Positions 51,731 through 64,000 of a stretch of 64,000 nucleotides of DNA are shown piece by piece. The notes beneath the pieces were generated by a model. It was not told where the DNA came from. It made no database searches and saw only the letters and a list, made by a program, of their open reading frames with translations. This DNA is from Eledone cirrhosa. Taxonomy: Eukaryota. A program made the translations under genes and the position numbers. The DNA lies in NCBI GenBank assembly GCA_964016885.1, contig OZ024741.1, positions 94,674,001 through 94,738,000 on the forward strand. The letters are read 5' to 3'. Positions within the stretch are counted from its first letter, which is position 1. Every line of letters starts with the position of its first letter.

Positions 51731-54496
51731 TATTTAAATGATAATAATGTTGGTTATCTAGTGAACCTATGATGTAGCCATATTCATCCTAATACATTGA
51801 AGAAAACTGTAATCTGGATGAGCAGAACAGCACATTTGAGACAAAACAGTATATTCATTCCCTCGTCACATCAATAGAAAATGTCAAAACTATATGAAGA
51901 AAGTTCAACAGTCCAGTGTAATATTTTATCATTTTTATTTTTTATTTATGATATTTATCAAACAAAATAGATTGCTTTGATGGTGTGTCATGAGGAAAAT
52001 GGTCTCCCTAGGAGGTAGTGTTGCCATTTACAAAATCACTCACCAATTATGGCAGTTTCCTTCTCAATACGATATAACAATACAGTTTTTGAAAGAACTT
52101 TAAACTAAAACACTTTCAAATATACAGTTAATGTGGTTTGGTAAATAAATAAATGAAGGCACATGGCTAGGTGGTTAGAGCATTGGGCTTGCAATCGAAA
52201 GGTTGTGAGTTCAATTTCCTTGAGCAAGACACTTTATTTCACATTGCTCCAGTTTACTCAGCTGTAGAAATGAGATGATAGGATTGGGGTCCCTATCATT
52301 CCACTGCAAAGTGGTCGTGGAGGTGCCACAGCAAAAAAACACCCAGCCCACACTGTAAAGTGGACGTGTAGGCACCACGAAAAAAAAGCACCCAGCACTC
52401 ACTGTAAAATGAGGTTGGTGTTAGGAAGGGCATCCAGCTGTAGAAATCAAGCCAAAATTAGTTCCCGTCCCATCCTTGCAAGCAGGGAAAAACGGACGTA
52501 AAATGATGATGATGTACACCAGAAGACCCCACTGCTTTGGGCTCGACCGCAAACCTGTTGAAGAGCAACTGATATTTGGAGAGTTAGCCCTCCTCGACAC
52601 GAAGTGCATCAGAGCCTGGGTTAGTCACAGACTGCACCAGGAAAGGGTACAAGAAACAAAAAGGTGACTTAATTTGGTTCATAACTCATTGAAAACATGC
52701 TACAAGGTTCCTAAGGCAAATTGGAAGTCTTGTAAAATCAAACAATTGAATCAAGGTTTGCGCAACTCTGGTCTTTAATCGTTTGTGATAGTTATTAATA
52801 GAAACATTGGAGTACTTTTTCATGCATCTCAAGATGTGGGAGCTTTTATGTCTAAGTAATATAAATACAACTTATATTTTTTTTAAAGGTAGAAGAAGAC
52901 TTGTACACTCAATCACATGCCATAAGTGTCATTAAAGTTACTGTCTAATAATGTTTTAGGCTAGCCAACTCACTCGCAGCAGAATTATTTCTTCAAAGTT
53001 ACACATTTAATCTTGTATACTGTTTGTACAATCAAGCCAAATATTTATGTAATTATATCCTAAAAATAAATTCTTATCTTTAATCACTTCCACTTATAAA
53101 TAATCAATGTAAGCTATAAGGTTTCTTTTAAGCAAGCCATTAATTTATTAAAACACAAATTTGCCAGCTTGTATAATTATTCATATATCGGGTAATCATG
53201 GTATATTTGAAATACCAATCCTGGACTCCAAAAATTAAACATGTCCAATGCTCTTGTGATGGCACTGGCCGAGTAATTTTAAAATAAATGTGGTGGGTGT
53301 ACTACTGATTTCTTATAGATTCTGAAAGGATGATAGTCAAAGTTGTCCTTGAAGGGATTTGAACTCAGATTGTAAAGAGACATAACTACCTATACTGTAA
53401 ATTAGATACTATAGTTATTTCTGACATAGGCCTCTCTTTTCCTTTCTAATCTCATAACTTCTGGGGGAGTTGTAGGAATACTGTGTTGACATATGGCGCT
53501 TCTAGAGCATTTTCCATTGCCTTATTTCTATAGATAGCCTGCATATATAGAGCATTTATTTTAAGAAGCTGGTGGAGTCCATCTCATTTCCAGGTTTGAA
53601 TATAGCAGATTTCTTCTAGTGAAGTGAGAGAATAGAAGAGAAAAAGCGATATAGATGAGAGCTGGAACGAATACCACAAAGCAATCTATCCGACGTTCTA
53701 ACGGCTCTGCTAATTCGCAGTCTTTTCTGACAGCTAGAAAGCCTTATTAAAGGTACGTTGCAAAAATTACATCACATTAAGTTTAAAACGATAATTATCT
53801 CCCCTTACTCAATTGCAACCATTAAAAAGATCTACAGGAGTTGCTTCCCTTGTAATAAGTTTCTCTTAATCTTTTTACACAAATGTATGTGTATATGTAT
53901 GTTTGTGTGCCTGCGCGTTCGTTTGTGTATAAAATTAATTGAACGTTACAAAATCTTTATCAATGAAAATCTATTCATCTCTTGTAGAAATACTAGGATT
54001 AAGCTTGATACAAGCATTTGTAGGGATTCCTTTGTAAGAGAACACTGAATACTTAAATGCGTCTGTTTAGCTGGTGATAAGATTGTTTTGAAAATTAATA
54101 TCAATGGATTATACTATTCAAAGAAAAGGTTAAACCTATATATGTGTGTGTATGTATGTGTGTGTGGGGGGGAGGGGCACGTGTGTATACGCGTGCCCTC
54201 GCGCACACGCATAAATATATAAAGCAAAGGAAAAAGTGCTCAATCTAGCACAAGGGAGCTTATTTAGTTTTTTATTAATGGTCTCACTCTTAACACGACT
54301 TTGTTAAGTGTAAAACTATATTTATAATGACAAGTTTACAATTTTGATCACTCCGCCATACATTCTGCACCATCTGGCTGAACCAGAGGAGATGGTCATG
54401 CTTTCTTATTCTATGTATGAACATAAATATAATATAACAGTTTTCCCACTAGATCAAGCACTGTTTTCCTTCTTCCTTTTTCATATACATATATAT

Positions 54497-54946
54497 AATA
54501 AAAAATGACAAACACAGAGATACAAAATCAATTAGTCTTATTAGGATCATACTTTGGATGAAAAAGAGAAAAAAGTTTGATGTATCGGATGTTAATCCTT
54601 CATCAGGAGAGTACTATAGTTAGGACTCATGTGAGAGTTGAGAAAGGGAACAAGAGAGAGATGGAAGAGGAATATAAAAGATGAGAGCAGGTCACAGAAG
54701 ATTGGTGTGGTAAATTATTAAAAAAATTCCCACAATCCAAAATCTAGGTAATCCACCTGTGATATGTGGCTGGTCAAGATTGTTGGAAGGTCGCATTCCC
54801 AAGGTGCCAAGTAGATTTCAAGGTCTAAATTATGAGAAGTGCTGTGTAAGCATGGATAATGTAATAAAAAAAAATGACAAACACAGAGATACAAAAACAA
54901 TTAGTCTTATTAAGATCATGCTTTGGATGAAAGAGATAAAAAAAGT
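54497..54946 (-). mobile_element. Probable Penelope-like/retrozyme-like remnant: about 80-bp direct repeats and a degenerate hammerhead-like core
   Basis: Direct repeats start at about 54497 and 54862. The minus strand reads CCTGATGAAGGATTAACATCCGATAC at about 54582-54607; a homologous piece lies at about 51000-51100 (+). Confidence 0.45.
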
Positions 54947-55421
54947 TATTATATTCCATGTACCCCCAGCATTTTTCCTTAGAACCTAACTAATAATTGT
55001 TCGTAGAAACCACTGCATATTCGCAGAATCTTAAATATCTTCCGCAATTTTTTTAATGGCTTTTTTCGGGGCAATATATATTTTTTAACGCTTAATTATT
55101 AATAACAATATTTGCCAGTCTTAATTATTAATAACCGTATTTGCCGGTCTTAATTATTAATAACCATATTTGCCAGTCTTTTGGGCGTCCTCTCTATTTT
55201 TATTATATTTTACTTTATATTTTGATGTTTATAGGCACTTTTATGGACCACGTTCAATATTCGCAGTTTTTCACTGTTCGTGGATGCAAATACTGGGGAA
55301 CAACTGTATATATATATTTATTAAAATAACAGATTAAAGTTTAAGCAAAGAATCGCTGCTTTCACCCTTATCAAGCCCTCTTTGGATTTTAGTCTTCAAA
55401 TTTATTATTATTACTATATAT

Positions 55422-55498
<77 letters not shown>

Positions 55499-55499
<1 letters not shown>

Positions 55500-56395
55500 G
55501 GCCTTGCTCAGTATGTAGGAAAGGTGTAGGTAGGAACTCCATTCTCTGCCCCAAATGCAAACAATGGGTACACAAGAGATGTAGCGGGATCTCAGGAAGC
55601 TTAATTAAGAATGTAGGATTCACATGCAGCAGCTGTGCTGAAACAGCAAGCAGCAAACAGCCACAGGAAACAAGTACCACCAATCTCTGGGAGGGCCCTG
55701 TAGAAACAGTAGACAGCTTCTGCTACCTAGGTGACCGAATTAGCAACGGAGGTGGGTGTTCAGAAAGTACAATAACTAGGGTAAGAATGGGATGGAAGAA
55801 GTTTAGGGAACTACTACCACTGCTAGCTGCAAAATCTTCTCCCTCAGAATGAAAGGCAGACTGTATGATGCGTGTATCCGAACAGCGATGTTGCATGGTA
55901 GTGAGACCTGGGCGCTGAAGGTGGAAGACTTACGTAGATTAGAGAGAAACAAAGCCTGCATGCTCCGATGGATGTGTAACAGTAATATACGTGAACGACA
56001 AAGCATAAATGAATTGAGAGAGAGACTGAGCATAAGAGGAATCAAATGCTGTGTGCAGGAGAGGCGGTTGCGCTGGTATGGACATGTGATGCGTATGAAG
56101 GATGACAGCTGCATAAAAAGGTGCAGAGCACTAGAAGTTGATGGAAACCGCGGAGTGGGGAGACCCAAGATGACCTGGGATGAGGTGATAAAAGCCGACC
56201 TTACCCAACTACACCTCTCAAAGACAATGACACACGACCGTGACTTCTGGCGTCACGCAATAATACAGAGTACCCGACCTCCCATGGGTACATGCTGAAG
56301 CATATAAACAATATGCCCCCACACCCCCCACCGCAAGGTGGTCGTGGAGGTGCCACGGCAAAAAAGCACCCAGCCCACACTGTAAAGTGGACGTG
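55499..56395 (+). mobile_element. Young 5'-truncated RTE LINE: intact PHD finger, RT thumb and ORF2 C-terminus (one frameshift near 55833), 3' UTR
   Basis: WPCSVCRKGVGRNSILCPKCKQWVHKRCSGISGSLIKNVGFTCSSC...VDSFCYLG, then ORF 55849..56298. Confidence 0.9.
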
Positions 56396-57235
56396 TATAT
56401 ATATATCTTTGCACATATTTTTCTCTTCGTTAATTTTCAAATTCTTTTAATTTATACATTATCTTCCAACGGTTTTCAACCTCTCTATGTAAAACAATAT
56501 ATCTTTCTCAGTTATAAAAACTATCTCTCTCTCTCTATCACCCATCTCTCCTCCTATCTCATCCTTCCTCACTATACTCCTCCCTCTCCACCTTCACTCT
56601 CATCTCCTTCTTTTTTTCATCCTTTCCACCCCCCACCCCCCTCTAAATAAAATATTTTTCCCAATATCACACATCAATCTAAAACTACTTCTCATATGTT
56701 GATTTAAAACTGAACTATCCACAAGTGTTTTTTAACCTTCATATCATGTCCTGTTTTATCTGATGAAAACACAAATATTATTGCATGATGATATTTGTTT
56801 TTGAAATGCACATAATAAAATACATGGAACTCCTTTAACCATCTTTTGTTCTTATATATTATATATATATATATATATATCAGTAAGTAAACAAGTGTTT
56901 ATAAAAAAAAGTTTGTGTGCTATAGGAAGAGATGTGTTCTGAAATTTCAAGCAGGACACTTTTTCTTTTCCTAGTAGAGAAACATATTTTCCTTTTTGAA
57001 TTTTATTATTTAGGAAAGGAAACATATTTATATTTCATCCACTTTGAGAAGACTCTTCAGCTGTGTCAAAAACATGACAACCTTCTTAATGTGATAAAAT
57101 TGATAGAATGTAGGGATGCATGTAGGCAAGAGGCAGGGCCCCCAGCCCATCTGAGTGGTTAGTAGTTCTATTTGAGTATTGACTTGTTCTGTGACAACCC
57201 ATCCAATCCTTGTTGGCAGGAAAAATGGGTATTTG

Positions 57236-57420
57236 ATAATGATGATAATGGTAGTGGTGATGATGATAGTGTTGATGATTATGATGGTGGTGGTGGTGAT
57301 GATGATGATGATGGTGGTGGTGATGATGATGATGATGGTGGTGGTGGTGATGATGATGATGATGGTGGTGGTGGTGATGATGATGATGATGGTGGTGGTG
57401 ATGATGATGATGAGGATGAT
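57236..57420. repeat. (GAT/GGT)n microsatellite
   Basis: Seen directly; a complementary (CAT/CAC)n tract lies at about 58510-58700. Confidence 0.9.
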
Positions 57421-57654
57421 TACAGCTTCAGAGACCAATGTTAAGCTCAAGTTTATGGATAGAAGTAATTTGTAAAAGAACTAACTACAATAACTTTTAT
57501 TGCTGGCTCACAAACGCTACTGCATGTAATGATGATGATGCTGATAATTGTTAGGAAGATGATAAAACACAATGATAACGATGAGACAGAAGCATAGCAA
57601 AGGGAGGAGAGAGGAAGATAGTTGCAGGTATGTAGGTGCCCAAAATTTCATTTC

Positions 57655-57950
57655 TAACATACCTGTTAATTAAGGTGAAAGGAAAGTTTCCTCTGCTCTA
57701 CCAGACCTGTTAATTAAGGCAAGGGGAAAAATTTCCTTTCCTCTAACATATCTGTTAATTAAGGTGAGAGGAAAGTTTTCTCTCCTCTAACATACCTATT
57801 AATTAAGGTGAGTAGAAAGTTTACTCTGCTCTACCTCCTCCCCATACCTGTTAATTAAGACGAGGGGAAAATTTCCTCTCATCTACCATCTTGTTGATTA
57901 AAATGGGATGAAAATTTTCTGTTCTATCATACCTTTTAATTAAAGTGAGG
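57655..57950. repeat. About 45-bp diverged tandem repeat, about 7 units (ACCTGTTAATTAAGG...GGAAA(A/G)TTTCCTCT)
   Basis: Unit starts near 57661, 57705, 57750, 57794, 57846, 57890 and 57931. Confidence 0.85.
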
Positions 57951-58991
57951 AGACCAATAAGTATCTTTACTCTTAGGTACAGAGTCATTACCATATCAGA
58001 TATGATGCATTGCAGCATTTGTTCGAATTCTATGTTCTGAGTTCAAATCCCAGTGTGACCATGGGCCCATAAGTTCTGATTGAGTCATCAGGGTGCTGCA
58101 GTGATATAAAGTATGTCTTAGGTATTTTAACCCAGTGGAGTTCATCCCTCTCTCCTATTTTTTTTTCAGAGAGAGTGAAAAAGATATAGAGGAAAAATTG
58201 ACCCCAGTGTTAGACTGGTAATTTATTTAGCAACCTCAAAACGACGAAAATCAAAGTTGATCTCAGCGGGATTTGAACTCAGAGTGCAGAGAGCCAGAAC
58301 AATTACTATGAAGCATTCTATGTGATATTTTAGAAACTCTGCTAATGGTTTTTGATTTAGACACAAAGCCAACAATTTGATTAAAATCGATTAAATTTAA
58401 CCAGTGTGTTACTGGTACCCCATAAGGGGTCGAGAAAATATAGTACTATGAAGCATTCTATCTGATATTTTAACACCTCTGCTAATAATACAAACACATC
58501 TCCAATGTATTTATCATCATTATCTTCATTATCATTATCATTATCACATTCACCATCATCACCATCACTACCACCACTACCACCACCACCACCACCACCA
58601 CCACTACCACCATCATCACCATCATCATCATCACCCTCACACTATCCTCACCACCACCACCACCACCATCACCACTACCATCATCATCATCATCATCATC
58701 AATACAATAATCAGGAGATAAATTTGTTTCGATTTCTTAATTATTTTACCATTAAAATTTTTTCTTACTTTTCTTAAGATTTTAAACATCCCTAGAGAGA
58801 GATTTTGCCTACTAATTGCATGAATAATTTCAGTTGATTGAGATTTTTCAACTCATTATAATGAAAATCTATCATATGAGTATTTAGTATGAAGAAAGCG
58901 TCCCCACCTGACCCCACCTTTGGATATTTTTTCTCAGTCATATTGTTGATAGCCATAATCAGTCTTACTACATTCTTTATATTTCTATATA

Positions 58992-60188
58992 CATGGTTGT
59001 TCAGTTCATTGAGGATGTGTCTTTTAATAGCTCTAACTTTTTTCTAACTTAAACTGATTATCATTTCCTTTCAGATGAATGATGATAGACATCAAACTAA
59101 CTCAGCCAATGAAAAAGTATGCTGTAATCGTTACCTTAAAGACAGAGATTTGTGATTTAGAGATTGCTCGCTTCCTGAAAGTTGTTGGAAGCAACTGACA
59201 AGGATTCTACAGCAGTAGCCAAGTGTAAAACACCTGCTAAGGGTCCTAATACCATCAGAACACCCAAATTTGTATGAAAGGTGAAGAAAATTATCAATAA
59301 GAACCCACGAAAGTCAGTTAGTACCATAGTTAAGAAGCTCAAGGTTTTAAGGCACACTATTGGAAGAATTGTGCATGAAGACCTTTAATACAAGTTATAT
59401 GTGATGCAGAGAGTTCAATTCATGTCTGCAAAGACAAAAGATAAACATCTGATCTGCACAAAACACTTGTTGAGCATGTTGAAGCATCATGAGCCTAGAA
59501 TGCTTTGGTTTTTCTCTGATGAGAAAATCCTTAATCAGGACCAAAAGTAAAACCAAAGGAATAACAGATAGTTATGCAGAGACCGTAAAGATTTTCCAAC
59601 AATTATGTACACAAAGTTTCCAGCAACTGTGATGGTTCTAGGAGTCGTGAGCAGCAAGGGAGTTGCCATGCCTACTCACCTTTTCCTCAGGGCTGCAGGA
59701 TCATTGCTGCTAACTATAAGAAGGTGTTGGAGAGGGTTGTGTGGCCTTGGATAGAGAGCGTAAGCAAAATATTACCATACCCCTACTAACATGACTGCAC
59801 CATCTAAAAAGGCCAAGATGACCCAAGAATGGGTGAGTTACAATCTCCTTCTAGCTCTCCAGACCTAAATCTGTTGGACTACTACATATGAGTCATAGTT
59901 ATGAGGGAAGGCAATCAATATCTCCATAACACTATAAAATCTCAGAATTTCGCCATAACTAGCGCAATGCTCAAAATAAATAAAGATCATCTGATTCAGG
60001 CATATCAATGTTTTTTACCTCATATTGATGCAGTCATCAATGCTGATGATGATTTCATTGAGTAGATGCATCACAAAGTGCCTCAAGATTATTCATGCCA
60101 ATTTTGACTCAAATAAAGCTCTTCTTTCATTACTATTGCATCTTTTACTAAATTCAAGCAAATGTCTTCAAAGAACTGAGCCACTCTG
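58992..60188 (+). mobile_element. Fossil Tc1/mariner-superfamily element, maT (DD37D)-like
   Basis: Degraded TIRs (CATGGTTGTTCAGTTC versus rc CAGAGTGGCTCAGTTC). Remnant peptides WFFSDEK, TKFPATVMVLGVVSS.G and SSPDLNLLDYY; many stops and frameshifts. Confidence 0.75.
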
Positions 60189-60805
60189 ATCACTCTTAAT
60201 CTGTCCAACTGAGTAAGATATAGTTCACTGAGGAGGTTTAAGAAAACTGAAACATGTCTGTTTCTTTCATGAGTTAACTATAAAGACAAAATCCATTCCT
60301 ATCTACATTGTTTATATTGTCAATATATCGATTGGCTGATCTTATTGGAATTATCTCCCATGTTTATTGTTTTTAGAGTTTAACAACCCAAACTCTAAAG
60401 AGGAAGTTTTTATCTATTAATTGTATAGATAATCTCAGTTAATCTCTTGTGCAAATTAACCAATGTTATTGTCAGGAATGTCAAATGAATCCAAAAACTA
60501 AAATGTAAATTTAATCCTCTTTTGGATTTATTTATTTGTTTGCCTGGTTTTATTCTGTTTTGTTCTTTATTCATTTTTCCATATTTGAATCTGTGGGACG
60601 GTTTATTCTTCATTCTTTTGACACCAATCCACTCAAAACTGCCTCTAGTTCAATAAAACAAAACCTCTCATTTTAAAGAGTTTAAATTAAAACCTCCCCC
60701 AAAAATTTAACATAAGAACCCTCTGTTAAATTATGTTACAAATATTATCATTATAATGGTTTGTAATGCAAGGCCAGAATTTTTTGGGGTGGTGGGAGGG
60801 TCGCT

Positions 60806-61057
60806 TATAATAATAATAATAATAATAATGAAATTATTGTGTAAAGTGCTCAGGTGCACTACAGCTCGTCAATATAGTACATAGAATAATACACAAATGT
60901 CAGGGAAGTACATGTGTGTATGTGTTAGCTGTAGTGTTGGCGGATCTCGGGAAGCATGGAGGCCTTAAAGGATGCAGTGTCTCGACAGCTAACAACTGAT
61001 GCAGGTAGTTTGTTCCATGCTTCAGCAACTCTGAGCGTGAAAAAATGTTTCCGAAAG
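60806..61057 (-). mobile_element. CR1-like LINE 3' end with (ATT)n tail
   Basis: Minus-strand HDFRKHFFTLRVAEAWNKLP...SFK; a homologous 3' UTR lies at about 27270-27360 (+). Confidence 0.75.
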
Positions 61058-61751
61058 TCATGGGAACTGTGCTGTATTTTATATCACCTCCAGTACTTGA
61101 CTGGTACTCTTGGGTTCCAAATAATAGAGGGATGTGGAATAAGCGGGTGTGGTTGGACATTTGCTTAAATTCGTATTAGCGGCGGAGGTAATTGTATAGT
61201 GTACGTTTGTAAATGTGGGATTTCTTGTAATGTTCTTTTATTGTCATATATGTTGTATATGAAAGGCAAAGTTAACCTCAATAGGATTTGAAGTCAAAAC
61301 CTAAAGGACTGTAATGAAATATTGCGATGCCTTTCATCAGGCACACTAACAATTCTACTAATCCACCTCCTTCAAATGCCATCATAATAATTGTTTCTAC
61401 TTTTGGCACAAGGCCAACAATTATCAGTACATTACAGGTACTTTATTTTATCGACCCCATAAGGATGAAAGGCAAAGTTAACCTTGACGGGATTTGAACT
61501 CAGACCGTAAAGGGACGTAACTATGCTGGAAAGCATGGCATCCAACCCTCTACCGATATGATTTCTGATTTAGGCACAAGGCCAGCGATTTTTGGGGAGG
61601 GAAAGTGCATAATAATGAAAAAATGAATAACTAATAAATCCTTCAAAATTCGTCATTGACTTTTAATGTCCTGTACCACATAAAACAACATTAGTAAGAC
61701 ATTCTTGAAAAGTATAACGCAGCATTATGACTGCATAACATTAAAAATTAA

Positions 61752-61973
61752 CCCTTTAGCATTTAAACCGGCCATATCCAGCCAATATTCTCTTTTACCT
61801 CTTTCTATTCAAATTGGCCATAATTAGCCACTCATACTAATGTTAAGGTAATGTTCTCAATATAAATAATATCAAAATCTCATAGATTCAACATTATGTG
61901 AGATATTATGTAAGATAAAGCATTTACTGCAAAAATACAATAGTATATATAAAGTAATGTAAATGCTAAAGGG
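61752..61973 (+). mobile_element. TTAA-target MITE, family B (best-preserved copy)
   Basis: TTAA-CCCTTTAGCATTTA ... TAAATGCTAAAGGG-TTAA. Confidence 0.85.
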
Positions 61974-63052
61974 TTAAAGTATTTACTTTAGTTCACTGCA
62001 AAGTAAAGATATTATAAACATCTAAATTAACAATCCTATTTTTAGATATTTTCTACCTAATCATTAGAGGATGTTAAGTTTTAATTAATTCACATATAGT
62101 GTAATTTCATTAGAAATATGTTGACATAAGGGTTAATTTTTGGTTTGAATATGAATATCATGTACAGGTTGAATGGCTAAAGTAATTTAAATTATTTCCT
62201 GTAAACTTATAGAAAGTGACATTCATACAATTGTCAAAAAACAAAAGAGATGTAAGTGAAATAGTTCCAACTGGGAATTATTGAAATGTTATGAAATGAC
62301 TGTTCCTAAATCACATAGCAATTTAAACCAAAAAGTTTCCTTTCCGGAGAAAGATTTGGGAAAGCACCAAATTAGTCACAGATCACTGGTCAGTTAAATA
62401 AGAATGTTGTTTTTCATTGCTTCTAACACTTTACTTACTTTAAGCTTGGCGTGAACTCAATTCATCTCGTGTATATGTGTATATTCACCTTATTGTGTGT
62501 GTATGTATGTCTGCGTGTAAGTTTGTGTGTGTGTGATGTGAGCATGCACCTTTCTAAACACATGTGTACACATCTGTGAACATGAACATGTAAATGTGTG
62601 TGGGAATATGTATATCCGCTGCAATGGAAATATATATCTATAAAAGGAGAAAAACTTTTTAAATGAATATAATCATTCTGAAGATCAAAATTAATCCTTG
62701 ACTTTTGCCTAGCTACTGTGCAGTATCTCAAGGTGTTAACAATTGCAGCCAAATCTCCTTCAAATCCTACCAAAAATATACAGGTATAACATCTTTGATC
62801 ATAGATCTGTCTGATCAGGGATGACTAATGGTCAAATAATAACAACGTACAAAGATCCATTTTCATAGAAATTATTGAAGAAAATCTTATTTATAATTAT
62901 ATTAAGAATTGTTTTAAAAAGACATAATTGTTTAAATATATTAAAATTTTCCATTTATCAATATGTACTTCATATACAAGATGGCTACTTATAAATGGTA
63001 CTAAAAAAAATCAGTGAGACTGGTTTCAGTCATTGGATTGTGATTATACTAG

Positions 63053-63083
<31 letters not shown>

Positions 63084-63333
63084 GGCACCACTTTCAAGAG
63101 CTTATGTCAATTATATAAACTCTGGTACTTATTTTATTAGTCTCTATTAGTTGAACTGCTAAGTTACTGGCTATAAGGAAATAAATACAATATAAACAAT
63201 TAAACTGATGTTGCGATTGGTAGATAGTATCAGCAATGAAAAGACCAATGGAAACATTGTTTCCTCGGTCCAATTTGATGAGTTCCATCCCACTTGGTAG
63301 GCAAATGAGGTCTGGAATCTTGTCAATTGGTAA

Positions 63334-63415
<82 letters not shown>

Positions 63416-64000
63416 TAGTGTAATATAAAATGATGATGATGATGTAAATAGAAACAGACATAAATACACACATATATATTCTTCTTTTTCTTGTATATTA
63501 AGCTGTGCATTAAGCAGTTGAAATATGCAATTAGTTATAACTATACATATATACGGTATAAAAGTAACCAAGACTATGTAAATGTGTGAATAAATGTACA
63601 CATTTGTAGTCCAAAGACATATAGACATGCCAATTATACCCATTTTTATGTTAAAATGATACCTTTATTTGGTTTTCTGGCCTAGGTGGGTTCTAATCAG
63701 AAGGAAATATGTAATTGAGGGACTTATATACCCTATCACTTATAGTAGTATCCTGATGGCTATACTAATCTGCATGTTATTAGTGCTCGTGTTAGTAGTT
63801 AATTAAGATACATATTAAGTTGAGTGCTATGAAGTTACTGTATATATTCAAATATATGCCAATTCAAATATAAGCCGACCTCCTATTTTATGTTTAAGAA
63901 ATAGGTAAAAATTTAAACCCCATGTATAAGTTGAGGTAGTTAATCAACACATTATGTTTAGATGGTACAATTTTGTAAATTCTCATGCGTGGATAATATT

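Noticed and set aside
54950-55310. Possible pogo/Tigger-like MITE with an internal 30-bp triplication
   Set aside because: Only the right TIR-like end is recognisable, so boundaries cannot be supported.
63210-63335. Short protein-like open stretch
   Set aside because: No recognisable motif, convincing splice pair or partner exons.

Overview
Repeat-rich, AT-rich eukaryotic genomic DNA, most likely from an octopus or other cephalopod; this is inferred from the SINE/RTE families and microsatellite load, not from a database hit. One host gene is visible: a minus-strand, multi-exon gene (8 coding exons, 43238->10219, about 624 aa assembled with consistent GT-AG phases). It encodes an FG-GAP/beta-propeller membrane protein resembling Arabidopsis At3g51050 (NERD1); its last exon(s) probably lie beyond the left edge. 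The introns and upstream DNA hold a 7-kb GTG/ATG satellite with higher-order duplications, a full-length DD34D mariner, nested Gypsy-type LTR elements, many RTE LINE fragments, tRNA-derived SINEs, TTAA and hAT MITEs, hAT and maT-like fossils, a CR1-like tail and a near-perfect 170-bp palindrome. The most unusual signals are (1) a non-coding LTR element bounded by two inverted U3 LTR ends with a 4-bp TSD, (2) an RTE reverse transcriptase carrying a C4HC3 PHD finger between its KTK and F.YLG motifs, and (3) the animal NERD1-like gene. Family names come from recalled motifs; no searches were run.
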